The notes under the pieces: model-generated | Told to the model about the DNA's origin: nothing | Databases searched by the model: none | The model's input: the letters and a program-made list of their open reading frames with translations, nothing else | In this document: positions 8,552 through 18,326 of the stretch, one piece after another | Numbering within the stretch: the stretch's first letter is position 1 | Layout of the letters: every line of letters begins with the position of its first letter | Assembly (NCBI GenBank): GCA_024277055.1 | Contig: JAJRVZ010000047.1 | Span: 1 to 42,287, forward strand | DNA: 42,287 bases | Direction of reading: 5' to 3' | Source of the DNA: Calditrichota bacterium | GTDB lineage: Bacteria > Calditrichota > Calditrichia > JAJRVZ01 | Made by a program: the position numbers and the translations under genes

Positions 8552-8646
8552 AATACTCCTGTTAAATGAAAATGTAGTTAATATATTCCGCTTTGCCGCA
8601 GGATAACACCCCTTCGTTCCGGACGATTTAATTTACTGAATTTTTA

Positions 8647-9942
8647 TTACAGCAAACCCGTTTTTTTAAAAATTGCATCGACTCGACTCAGGCGGTTTTT
8701 CAGGTTACAAATGGCTGAAATCTCATCCGGTGGCAATAGTGCCGTCAATTCTTCGTCACCGGTCAGCACCTCGGCGAAAGGCAGGTTCTTTTCCCAGACT
8801 TTCATGGCATTTCGCTGCACCATACGGTAGGCCTGTTCCCGGCTGACTCCTTTGCGGGTCAGCGCCAGCAATACGGCCTGTGAATAGTACAGTCCTTTGG
8901 TTTTTTCGAGGTTTGTCTGCATGTTTTCCGGATGCACGACTAAATTACCGATCAGATCGACTGCCTTTACGAGCATATAATACAATGCCATCGTACTGTC
9001 GGGAACGATGATCCGTTCAACCGACGAATGAGAAATATCCCTTTCGTGCCACAGGGCTATATTTTCCATCGCGGCATGGGCATTGGCACGCAGTATCCTG
9101 GCCATGCCGGTGATGCGTTCACAGACAATCGGGTTTTTTTTGTGCGGCATTGCCGAAGAGCCTTTTTGTCCACTGGAAAAATATTCCTCGGCCTCGAGCA
9201 CCTCCGTGCGCTGCAAATGTCTGATCTCCACCGCTATTTTTTCCAGGGTTGCCCCGATAAGCGCCAGCACCTGCATGTAGCAGGCGTGCCGGTCCCTTTG
9301 CAATATTTGTGTTGAAATATTTGCCGGTTTCAGGCCGAGGCGCCGGCAAACATGGGCCTCAACCGCCGGGTCGATATGATCATACGTTCCCACGGCACCC
9401 GAAACCTGCCCAACCGAAATGGTTTCAATTGCATCGTTCAAACGAACCAGTTGCCGGCGGCATTCGTCGTACCACAGGGCCATTTTCAATCCGAAAGTGG
9501 TAGGTTCGGCGTGCACACCGTGCGAACGCCCGATCATAACGAAATCTTTGGTTTCCAGGGCTCGTTTTTTCAAAACATCAATCAGGGCATTCAGTTTTTC
9601 CCTGATCAACTCTCCCGCCTGTTTCATTTGCACGGCCAGCGCAGTATCAAGTACATCGGAAGAGGTCATTCCATAGTGCACGTAGCGGCTGTTCTCGCCC
9701 ATATGCTCGGCAATATTTGTCAGAAAGGCGATAACATCGTGTTTAACTTCAGCTTCAATTTCGAGAATGCGCTTCACCTCAAACCGGCCTTTTTCCCGCA
9801 GATCAATTACAGCCTTTTCCGGCACGATACCCTGCTCAGCCAATGCCTCAAGGGCGTACAATTCAATTTCAAGCCAGATGGAAAACCGGTTCTCATCACT
9901 CCATATTCTCGAAATCTCCGGCAACGAATAACGGTCGATCAT
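8647..9942 (-). CDS. purB: Adenylosuccinate lyase
   Basis: MIDRYS, HDVIAF, HYGMTSSDVLDTA, GRSHGVHAEPTTFG, GSSAMPHKKNP, WHERDISHSSVER. Confidence 0.98.
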   Translation of the reverse strand: MIDRYSLPEISRIWSDENRFSIWLEIELYALEALAEQGIVPEKAVIDLREKGRFEVKRILEIEAEVKHDVIAFLTNIAEHMGENSRYVHYGMTSSDVLDTALAVQMKQAGELIREKLNALIDVLKKRALETKDFVMIGRSHGVHAEPTTFGLKMALWYDECRRQLVRLNDAIETISVGQVSGAVGTYDHIDPAVEAHVCRRLGLKPANISTQILQRDRHACYMQVLALIGATLEKIAVEIRHLQRTEVLEAEEYFSSGQKGSSAMPHKKNPIVCERITGMARILRANAHAAMENIALWHERDISHSSVERIIVPDSTMALYYMLVKAVDLIGNLVVHPENMQTNLEKTKGLYYSQAVLLALTRKGVSREQAYRMVQRNAMKVWEKNLPFAEVLTGDEELTALLPPDEISAICNLKNRLSRVDAIFKKTGLL

Positions 9943-9947
9943 AATAA

Positions 9948-11162
9948 TTAACCCTGCATGCTTTCAAGAAATAAAGTGGTTTTGACCGTTTCTCCATCCC
10001 GCCACAGTACCAAATCGAGATTATCACCAACCTTCAAGTCCGACCCATAAATAATTTCAAATACATCCCGGTCGGAATTTACCGGTGAATCCTGCATACG
10101 AATTATGATATCACCCAATTTCAAACCGGCTTTGTCCGCGGGACTCCCCCGGTCGATATGGGTTACCAGCACACCGTTGGTGGAAGAATATCCCAGTTTT
10201 CTGGCGATAACGGAGTTTAAATTCTGGACTTTGATGCCGATCCAGAAATCCCTGTCTACTTTATGGTATTTTTTAAGGTCATCGACGATGCGTAATATTC
10301 GCTTCATCGGAATGGCAAAACCGATACCAACCGAGCCTTCATCATTTTGACTGCCGGTATATATGAAAGTATTCATACCGATCACCTCTCCCAGTGCATT
10401 GCAAAGCGGTCCGCCGCTGTTGCCGTGGTTGATGGATGCATCGGTCTGTATCATGTCCTGATAAACCCGCTCATTGCCAAGCGGCCCGAAATCTCTGTCA
10501 ACCGCGCTGATAACACCAACGGTTACGGTAGGACGGTTGTTAATCTCAAAAAGCCCGAAAGGATTGCCGACGGCAATGGCCCATTCACCGATGATTACAT
10601 CATCCGAATTACCGGGAACCAGGTAAGGAAGCGGTTCATCCGCATCGATTTTCAATAAAGCAATATCAGACGTTTTATCCGTTCCGACAATACCGGCATC
10701 AAAATGCTTGCCCCCAAAAAGAGTAACTTTTATTTCCCTGGCATCTTCCACTACATGATCATTGGTTAAAATATAACCGTCCGAAGAAATAATAAATCCC
10801 GACCCCATGGATTTTACGTCATAGCGATAGGTTCTGTCCCTGAATAATTCCGGGAAAAACTGGCGCAGAATCGGGTCCCTGAACGGACTGCGACGGACAT
10901 ATTCCTTTACCTGCATGACATTGATACTCACAACCCCGGGGCTAATTTTCTCAACGGCCCTGGTTATAATATTTCGCCGGGACTGATTAATATCCTCATT
11001 GGCTTCATCCAGTTGTTGTGCGCCGGCGTAGGCTTTTTCAACAAATAAGGAATCGTTAATCGAACCGTTTTCTCCGGCCGGATGGCCGAAATACGCATAT
11101 AAAATAATCCCCGCAGTAACTCCCGCGAGGATCAGAACAATGTTTTTGATATTCGATCGCAA
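9948..11162 (-). CDS. HtrA/DegQ-family trypsin-like serine protease with one PDZ domain
   Basis: N-terminal TM segment; GSGFII, TNDHVV, SDIALL, IQTDASINHGNSGGPL; PDZ segment GSPADKAGLKLGDII. TTG start. Confidence 0.93.
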   Translation of the reverse strand: MRSNIKNIVLILAGVTAGIILYAYFGHPAGENGSINDSLFVEKAYAGAQQLDEANEDINQSRRNIITRAVEKISPGVVSINVMQVKEYVRRSPFRDPILRQFFPELFRDRTYRYDVKSMGSGFIISSDGYILTNDHVVEDAREIKVTLFGGKHFDAGIVGTDKTSDIALLKIDADEPLPYLVPGNSDDVIIGEWAIAVGNPFGLFEINNRPTVTVGVISAVDRDFGPLGNERVYQDMIQTDASINHGNSGGPLCNALGEVIGMNTFIYTGSQNDEGSVGIGFAIPMKRILRIVDDLKKYHKVDRDFWIGIKVQNLNSVIARKLGYSSTNGVLVTHIDRGSPADKAGLKLGDIIIRMQDSPVNSDRDVFEIIYGSDLKVGDNLDLVLWRDGETVKTTLFLESMQG

Positions 11163-11233
11163 TTGAATTTCCCTCTTAAAAGTTCCACATGCATTTGTCC
11201 GATATTACGTGCACGGGAAAAATTTGTTTTATA

Positions 11234-11884
11234 TCAGCGCTTGGATTTTACTTTTTCCCAATCGGCGAGAAATGCTTCTATTCCTCTTTCTGTGAGGGGA
11301 TGCTTTACGAGCTGTTCGATCACTTTGAACGGAATGGTTGCGATATCCGCTCCCATCATAGCCGATTCAAGAACATGGATCGGATTGCGGATACTGGCAA
11401 CGATAACCTCCGTTTCAATCGCATAATTCTGAAAAATCTGTACGATCTGCGCAATGGAATCCATTCCCGTAGAAGTAATGTCATCCAACCGGCCTACAAA
11501 AGGGCTTATAAATGAGGCGCCGGCACGAGCTGCCAGTAAAGCCTGAATCGGAGTAAAAATCAACGTCACGTTCGTGCTGATTCCTTCTGAGCTCAAGGCT
11601 TTCACTGCTTTCAGCCCGTCTTTTGTGATCGGTATCTTCACAACGATATTTTCATGAATTTTCGCCAGTTCTTTTCCCTCGCGAACCATGCCCTCCCAAT
11701 CCAGAGCCACAACCTCCGCACTAATCGGACCGTCAACGATTTCACAGATTTTACGCAGGATTTCATTGGGGTCCCCATCTTCACGGCTGATCAACGTAGG
11801 GTTTGTCGTCACACCGTCCAACACCCCGATGCTGGCGGCTTCACGAATCTGATCCAGATTGGCTGTATCTATAAAAAACTTCAT
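11234..11884 (-). CDS. tal: Transaldolase (small, FSA/TalC-type family)
   Basis: DTAN, GVTTNP, Schiff-base lysine in VVKIP, NVTLIF. Glu in SAEV and Phe in SPFVGR favour transaldolase over fructose-6-phosphate aldolase. Confidence 0.92.
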   Translation of the reverse strand: MKFFIDTANLDQIREAASIGVLDGVTTNPTLISREDGDPNEILRKICEIVDGPISAEVVALDWEGMVREGKELAKIHENIVVKIPITKDGLKAVKALSSEGISTNVTLIFTPIQALLAARAGASFISPFVGRLDDITSTGMDSIAQIVQIFQNYAIETEVIVASIRNPIHVLESAMMGADIATIPFKVIEQLVKHPLTERGIEAFLADWEKVKSKR

Positions 11885-11901
11885 TTCAACTTTCTCCTTA
11901 C

Positions 11902-12633
11902 TTAGTCAGAATAATAAACTTTAATCAACGTCAAACCCCGGGCCGGAGCAGCCATTCCCGCCAGCCGCCTGTCCCCCGATTTGAAAATATCTTCTATTTT
12001 TTCTTTGGTTAACTTGCCCCGACCGACATCCATCAGTGTGCCGATAATCGCCCTGACCATCCCGTGCAGAAAGCGGTTGGCTTTAATTCGGAATTGTAAT
12101 TCATCAGCGGTCTCATTCAATTCCAGAAACTCAACATCGCATGTGTGATTTTCGACCTCGGAGATGGTCCGGCAGAAGCTTTTAAAATTGCGCTCTCCGG
12201 TAAACAGACTTGCTGCCGTTTGCATGGCCTTTAAATTTATCGGCGCAGAGTATTGCCATACAATATGCCGGTACAGCGCCGTCGGCCGGCGGGCAATTCT
12301 GTAAATGTATTCCCGCGCAGTTGCTGAAAACCTGGCGTGAAAGTCACTACCGGTTTCAAATATTTCTTTAATCCTTATCGTCGGCAGCAGAATACCGTTC
12401 AAAGAACGCATCAGACGCGCAGCCTGCAAATCATCGTCACAATCAAAATGGGCAACCTGCCCCGTAGCATGTACACCGGCGTCCGTGCGACCTGCACCTG
12501 TTACGCGTATGCTTTTTTTGAAGATAATCTGCAGGGCTTTTTCTATTTCTCCCTGAATGGTGTGCGCATTTCGCTGAATCTGCCAGCCGGCGTATCCTGT
12601 GCCGTCATAGGCAATATCCATGCGATATCTCAT
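11902..12633 (-). CDS. truA: tRNA pseudouridine(38-40) synthase
   Basis: [56 protein letters not shown]. Confidence 0.97.
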   Translation of the reverse strand: MRYRMDIAYDGTGYAGWQIQRNAHTIQGEIEKALQIIFKKSIRVTGAGRTDAGVHATGQVAHFDCDDDLQAARLMRSLNGILLPTIRIKEIFETGSDFHARFSATAREYIYRIARRPTALYRHIVWQYSAPINLKAMQTAASLFTGERNFKSFCRTISEVENHTCDVEFLELNETADELQFRIKANRFLHGMVRAIIGTLMDVGRGKLTKEKIEDIFKSGDRRLAGMAAPARGLTLIKVYYSD

Positions 12634-12849
12634 GCGCTTTTAAACCTCATTTTAAAACTTTAAAGTTACACAATCTTTATACTTATTGCAAATAAGCAAC
12701 AGGTGATAATCTTCACGCAAATAAATGAAAATACAGAAGTAACGACATACAAAAAGTTCCGGACCGCCGCAAATTTACATTTGTATTTATTGGCTTGTTT
12801 GCTTAATTTGCTCAGGTTTGTTCAGTTTGTTAATTAACCAGTCTCCGGA

Positions 12850-14109
12850 ATGAATTCCAGATATTTTAATACGTACAGGGTCTTTTTTTTCAGTCTGCCC
12901 GCGGTGGGCCTGTTATTGCTTTCATCGGTTTTTGTTGTTGCCGGAAGCGGGCATGCCGTCCTGCCCGGAATTACCGTTTTGATCGACAAACAGGTGAATA
13001 ATCTTGCCGGTAAGCGGGTCGCCCTTCTCACCAACCCCAGCGGTGTGGATGAAAACCTCGTATTGTCCGCCGACATCCTGTTTAATCATCCTCAGGTAAA
13101 TCTGGTTGCATTCTTCGCCCCGGAACACGGGATTCGCGGCATGGCGGACGCCGGAAAGCATGTTAAGACCTACACGGATCCGAAAACCGGTTTGCCGGTT
13201 TACAGCCTGTACGGTAAAACCAGAAAACCAACGGCTGAAATGCTCGAAAACATCGATGTTGTTTTGATAGATATTCAGGATGCGGGAGTTCGTTCATATA
13301 CCTTTATCTATTCGATGGCGATGGTAATGGAGGCGGCGGCTGAAAACAGCAAAAAAGTTATTATTCTCGACCGGCCGAACCCGATGGGAGGCATTCAGGT
13401 TGCCGGGAACATTTTAAAACCGGAGTTCGCTTCTTTCGTCGGAATGTACCCCATACCATATCTTCACGGAATGACCATCGGTGAACTTGCGCGATTATTC
13501 AACAACGAATTTGGTATAAACTGCGAACTGGAAATCATCCCCATGAGCGGCTGGAAGCGCAGCATGAACTGGGGCCGAACCGGCCTGGTGTGGGTGCCGA
13601 CTTCTCCACATGTACCGCACTGGCAAACCGCTTTTGCGATGGCCGCCACCGGAACATTCGGTGAGCTGCACACCCTTTCCGAGGGGGTCGGCTATACCGC
13701 ACCGTTCGAATTTATCGGAGCTCCCTGGATAGACGCCGAAGTATTCGCAGCGAAACTGAATTCGCTGGAATTGCCCGGAGTTTATTTCCGTCCGGTTCAT
13801 TTTATTCCGTATTACAAGAAATACAAGGGAAAACAATGCCACGGGGTGCAGATGCATATTCTTAATTATGATACCTTTCAACCCTATGAAACCGGACTAT
13901 ATATTCTGGAAACAGCTCAACAACTTTATCCCGAAATCGATCTTTTCGGAGATGAAGGACGCGTATCTTCATTTATCAGGGTAATCGGTGATGCACAAAT
14001 CGTCTCCGACCTGAGAACCGGTAAGCCCGTTAAGCAGATCATTACCGACTGGCAGGATGACCTGAACTCATTCAGGAAGGTGCGCGAAAAGTACTTGATA
14101 TATAAGTAA
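12850..14109 (+). CDS. namZ: Exo-beta-N-acetylmuramidase NamZ (DUF1343/YbbC family)
   Basis: Hydrophobic N-terminal segment; LLTNPSG, APEHGIRG, YSLYGKTRKPT, DIQDAGVRSYTF, LDRPNP, HGMTIGELA, WVPTSP. Confidence 0.9.
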   Translation: MNSRYFNTYRVFFFSLPAVGLLLLSSVFVVAGSGHAVLPGITVLIDKQVNNLAGKRVALLTNPSGVDENLVLSADILFNHPQVNLVAFFAPEHGIRGMADAGKHVKTYTDPKTGLPVYSLYGKTRKPTAEMLENIDVVLIDIQDAGVRSYTFIYSMAMVMEAAAENSKKVIILDRPNPMGGIQVAGNILKPEFASFVGMYPIPYLHGMTIGELARLFNNEFGINCELEIIPMSGWKRSMNWGRTGLVWVPTSPHVPHWQTAFAMAATGTFGELHTLSEGVGYTAPFEFIGAPWIDAEVFAAKLNSLELPGVYFRPVHFIPYYKKYKGKQCHGVQMHILNYDTFQPYETGLYILETAQQLYPEIDLFGDEGRVSSFIRVIGDAQIVSDLRTGKPVKQIITDWQDDLNSFRKVREKYLIYK

Positions 14110-14139
14110 TAGACAATTTTAGATTAAAAGGAGCACCAA

Positions 14140-15717
14140 ATGGCCGATGCCGCTACGAATGCACAGGTCAGTATCGTTTGCCACTACAACAACGATCTGC
14201 CCTACTCAAAAACTTCTTTTCTTAACATGATCCGCTCATTGCTACAGCAGTATGATATACGCCCTGAACTTATCATACTGAATCAGTCCGATGATACGGG
14301 AATCCACTCTGAAATATCGAAAATAAATACCGAAACCTGTCCGCTGCAATTCATCGAGGGTGATTATAAAACGAGTGGCGCCTGGCTGAATGCCGGTTTC
14401 AAAGCCGCCGCAGGACGGTATATTTTATATGTAAATAATCTTGCCGGAGAAATTCTTCTGCGTGAAAGTGCCTGTGCTGCCTGGCTGCTGGCCGCAGGAC
14501 GGAATCCCGCCGCAGGGTTATTCTACTCCGATTATGAACGCATGACCGACGGACAATTAACGGAAGTTCATTTGTTGAAACACCACACAGGTCGTGTTCG
14601 CGACAATCAGGATTTCGGCCCCGTATGGTTCATCAAAAAGGATTCACTTGAACAGTGCAATTATTGTGACGAATCGCTGCAATTCAACACTCTTTACGAT
14701 CTCAGGCTTAAGATGTCCGAAAAAGCGGAAGTAATTCATATTTCCAATCGGTATGCCGGCAGCCTCTACCGCCTCGTTTCCGAGGGTAAGGACCACAATG
14801 TATTCGATTACCTGCTGGCCTCGAAGGAAAGTCAGCTGGAAGCCGAACAGGTGTTGAGTGAACATTTAAAAAGAATAAATGCCTACCTGCAACCGGGAGA
14901 ACATTATAAAACGAGACCGGCTGACCGTTCCCCCCTCAAAGCTTCGGTTATCATTCCCGTAAATAACCGTGCGGCGTTCATCGGAACAGCCATCGAAAGT
15001 GTTCTCGGTCAATCCGTACAGGATATTGAAGTGATTGTGGTTGTCAACGGCGGTAATGACGATCCGACCATCGGCAAAGTAAAAGAGTACATGCCCGGTG
15101 GTTCGCGATTTGAAGCGTCCAAACCGGAAGTACGGCTTATCGTTCTGGATATCAACAATATCGGCTTATGCCTTAATCTCGGTGCCCTGGCCGCGCGCGG
15201 AACCTATTATGTTCAACTCGATTCCGATGACAGGCTCAAGCCCGATGCGGTGGAAAAGATTCTTGCGGTATTCGATTCCGACCCGAAAATCGGCATGGTT
15301 ATCGGAAGTTACGAAGTGTGGCAACTGGATGACGCCGGGGAAAAAATATCACGGGTAGAAGAAATACCGGTTGTAACACACGACGAATGGACGGAAGAAA
15401 ACGGACGCAACAATCTGTTACGCATAAACGGTGCCGGTGCACCCCGCTCCATTCCCATTCAGTTAATAAAGGACATCGGCTATTTCGGAATCAACGACGA
15501 ACCGTTCGCAAGAAACTACGGTGAAGATTACGAAATGGTGCTGAAGATCAGTGAACAATACCGAATCGGACGGGTGTGGGACCCGATTTATGATGTCGTC
15601 CGTCACAGCGGCGGTACCGATCACAGTATTGACCAGGCAACCATCGATCGTAACGATGAGGCCAAAGATTATATGCGCCTGCGGGCAATTGAACGAAGAA
15701 AACAACTGAACAAATAA
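14140..15717 (+). CDS. Family 2 glycosyltransferase-like protein (degenerate N-terminal GT-A domain plus intact C-terminal GT-A domain)
   Basis: RBS AAGGAG. ASVIIPVNNR, YYVQLDSDD and YGEDY in the C-terminal half; FYSDY, RDNQDFG and LYDLRL in the N-terminal half. Confidence 0.85.
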   Translation: MADAATNAQVSIVCHYNNDLPYSKTSFLNMIRSLLQQYDIRPELIILNQSDDTGIHSEISKINTETCPLQFIEGDYKTSGAWLNAGFKAAAGRYILYVNNLAGEILLRESACAAWLLAAGRNPAAGLFYSDYERMTDGQLTEVHLLKHHTGRVRDNQDFGPVWFIKKDSLEQCNYCDESLQFNTLYDLRLKMSEKAEVIHISNRYAGSLYRLVSEGKDHNVFDYLLASKESQLEAEQVLSEHLKRINAYLQPGEHYKTRPADRSPLKASVIIPVNNRAAFIGTAIESVLGQSVQDIEVIVVVNGGNDDPTIGKVKEYMPGGSRFEASKPEVRLIVLDINNIGLCLNLGALAARGTYYVQLDSDDRLKPDAVEKILAVFDSDPKIGMVIGSYEVWQLDDAGEKISRVEEIPVVTHDEWTEENGRNNLLRINGAGAPRSIPIQLIKDIGYFGINDEPFARNYGEDYEMVLKISEQYRIGRVWDPIYDVVRHSGGTDHSIDQATIDRNDEAKDYMRLRAIERRKQLNK

Positions 15718-15734
15718 TACGGAGACGAATTGCG

Positions 15735-16943
15735 ATGGCCCAAACCTTTACATTAATCGGAATTGACGGTGGTGCGACAAAAGCTAGTGGATTCGTCGCA
15801 AACATAAATGAATCAGGCGATTTTTCGTTAACGGACCTGTGTGCCGAAGCCAGCTATTCGGAAATGGAAGGCTTTAACCCCTCTTTTCAACCCGTACCGG
15901 TTACCGAGCAGCTGGAGCAACGCCGTAACAACAATATCCGCATTACTTCCGGGGAAGCACAGCAAGGGGCAACGTATACCGCAGCATGCGCTAAAATTAT
16001 AACCGAACTCGCCACTGCCGCCGGCAGGTCCATCCCTGTTCTTGTCGGGATTGGTATGCCGGGCCTGAAAACAGAATGCGGACGTGGAATATCCGCCATC
16101 GCCAACGGCCCCAGAATGTTGAACTACGCCGGGGATATCGAGCAGGCATTGCAAAAGAACGGAATTGAATTACTGGCTCCCATCGGCCACCTCGGTTCGG
16201 ATGCCGATTATTGCGGTATCGGAGAGGAGTATGCCGCTGAGGGCGGTTTTCGAAGTGTTTATGACGCCTATTATCTCGGTGGAGGTACCGGTACGGCGGA
16301 TGCACTTAAACTTGAGGGCAGGCTGGTACCTTTTGATCATGTCAAAGACTGGATCGCAAAGTCGTGGGAAATGAAAAACGACAAAGACCTTGCCCTCGAG
16401 CGATATGCATCCGCATCGGGACTGCAATTCCTTTATGCACAAAAATCGGGGCAAAGTGTGGAATCTCTCAATTCGCGCAACATTTATCCACCGCAAATTG
16501 CGGAAATGGCGCTGGGTGGAGATGAAGCCGCCGGCGAAACCTGGAAAGAAGCGGCATACTACCTTTCACTTCTTCTTTACGAGCGAATAACCACGCTGTT
16601 CTGCGGCTGGCAAAAACTGTTCGAATTTGTAAATCCCGCCCGCGAAAATCTTTCCGCTAAACATGCCTACCGGGATAAATGTTTCGATCGTCTTATCATC
16701 GGTCAGCGCTTGGGTGAATTGATGCAAATGCGTACCGGAGAGGCCGTCCTCACCCGTCCTTTATTGAAAAACCTGGCCGATCTCATCGCCGGTTCCGAAT
16801 GCCTCGACGAAACCGCCAAATCCTTTTACCTGCATGGCAGCCGGCTGCGCAGCGAACGATTCGTGCTTTCCAGACTAAGGGAAGCCCCCGCTCTCGGTGC
16901 GGCCGTTGACGCCTGGATGACCTGGAATTCTCAAAAGAAATAA
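15735..16943 (+). CDS. Divergent ROK/ASKHA-fold sugar kinase-like protein
   Basis: Phosphate-1 motif LIGIDGGATK, VGIGMPG, SDADYCGIGE (ROK NDANxAALGE-like), YLGGGTG, LERYASASGL, C-terminal APALGAA. No ROK CxCGxxGC zinc motif. Confidence 0.75.
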   Translation: MAQTFTLIGIDGGATKASGFVANINESGDFSLTDLCAEASYSEMEGFNPSFQPVPVTEQLEQRRNNNIRITSGEAQQGATYTAACAKIITELATAAGRSIPVLVGIGMPGLKTECGRGISAIANGPRMLNYAGDIEQALQKNGIELLAPIGHLGSDADYCGIGEEYAAEGGFRSVYDAYYLGGGTGTADALKLEGRLVPFDHVKDWIAKSWEMKNDKDLALERYASASGLQFLYAQKSGQSVESLNSRNIYPPQIAEMALGGDEAAGETWKEAAYYLSLLLYERITTLFCGWQKLFEFVNPARENLSAKHAYRDKCFDRLIIGQRLGELMQMRTGEAVLTRPLLKNLADLIAGSECLDETAKSFYLHGSRLRSERFVLSRLREAPALGAAVDAWMTWNSQKK

Positions 16944-16958
16944 TCGGAGGTTGCCAAA

Positions 16959-18284
16959 ATGCTCAGGCCCGGTGAAATTCCGCAGACGGAACCGTTGCTG
17001 CGCGTCGGCATTGTATTGCCGCAAGATCAATTCGACCGTATCGATATTACCATTCCTGCATCGATCGGTGAATATGAAATGCTTGATGATTCCGGCGGTA
17101 AAATATCGCCACCTGAAAAAATTGGTTTTAAACTTAACGAAGACGGCTCGGTAATTTGTCTCGGCAATTCAAGCTACCGTTGGCGGCTGCAACCGGTGCA
17201 AAGGCAAGCGGCTGAACCGGGATACGGTGTGCGTGTACACGGCGTGGTTGCCGGTCGTGGCTTCCACTGGGAAAAACGCATCGATGTTCTGCTGCCGGGA
17301 ACCGTTGAAATTTTTTCACACATGGAGCGGTTGGTTCTGATAAATGAACTACCGCTGGAAGAATACCTCATGTGCGTGGCTACTTCCGAGATGGGGTCTG
17401 CCTGCCCTCCGGCTCTTATTGAGGCACAGACCATCACTGCCCGCAGCTGGATGCTGGCAAATGTGGAACAGAAACACGTTTCACTCGGCATGGATGTCTG
17501 CAACGACGATTGTTGTCAGCGTTACCAGGGCAGCGCTAATCTTACCGAACATTCCATCAAAGGCGCCAAGGATACTTTCGGGAAAGTTTTGATATTCGAC
17601 AACCGTATATGTGATGCACGCTATTCTAAAAGCTGCGGCGGAATGATGGAGAGATTCTCCGCTATCTGGGCGGGAGAAGACCCTCCCTACCTGCAGGCCA
17701 TTCCGGATGCTCCTGCCGGTTTCAAATCTCCACCGGAGCTCAGTGATGAAGTAAACCTGCGTAACTGGATCGGTTTCGTTCCGGAAACCTTTTGCAGCCC
17801 GCATACGGTTCCGGAAAACGAGCTGAAAAAATATCTCGGCAGTATAGACGAACAGAGCCGCTATTTTCGCTGGCAATTCTCGATAACTCAGGAAGAAATC
17901 CGCCGCTTACTGCTTGATAAACAACGGGTACGGGCGGAAACCGTGCGCTATTGCAAACCGCTGCAGCGCGGCGCATCCGGTCGAATTACTACTCTGGAGA
18001 TCGGATATATTGACGGTAACGGTAATCCGGAGAAACTGTTGGTGGAAAGCGAATACGAAGTCCGGCGTACAATGCACGCAGGTTTTTTATACAGCGGTTG
18101 TTTTTTTATAGAAACCATCGGTAATCCGGAAAAACCGGAACGGTTCATCCTGCACGGCGGAGGTTGGGGGCATGGGGTTGGTCTGTGCCAGATCGGTGCG
18201 CTCGGAATGGCGCTTGAAGGATATACCTCCGAACAAATTGTATATCATTATTTTCCCGGAAGCAAACTCAAAAAAATTTACTGA
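16959..18284 (+). CDS. SpoIID/LytB domain protein (lytic transglycosylase family)
   Basis: RBS GGAGG. INELPLEEYL..VATSEM, AQTITARS, DDCCQRYQG, YSKSCGG, GGGWGHGVGLCQIGA, IVYHYFPG. No signal peptide. Confidence 0.9.
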   Translation: MLRPGEIPQTEPLLRVGIVLPQDQFDRIDITIPASIGEYEMLDDSGGKISPPEKIGFKLNEDGSVICLGNSSYRWRLQPVQRQAAEPGYGVRVHGVVAGRGFHWEKRIDVLLPGTVEIFSHMERLVLINELPLEEYLMCVATSEMGSACPPALIEAQTITARSWMLANVEQKHVSLGMDVCNDDCCQRYQGSANLTEHSIKGAKDTFGKVLIFDNRICDARYSKSCGGMMERFSAIWAGEDPPYLQAIPDAPAGFKSPPELSDEVNLRNWIGFVPETFCSPHTVPENELKKYLGSIDEQSRYFRWQFSITQEEIRRLLLDKQRVRAETVRYCKPLQRGASGRITTLEIGYIDGNGNPEKLLVESEYEVRRTMHAGFLYSGCFFIETIGNPEKPERFILHGGGWGHGVGLCQIGALGMALEGYTSEQIVYHYFPGSKLKKIY

Positions 18285-18326
18285 TCTGATAGTGAAAATC
18301 TTTTTTACAGATTGTGTGAGGTTTTA

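Noticed and set aside
12790-12812. TGGC...TTGC upstream of namZ as a sigma54 promoter
   Set aside because: The spacing between GG and GC does not fit the strict -24/-12 geometry.
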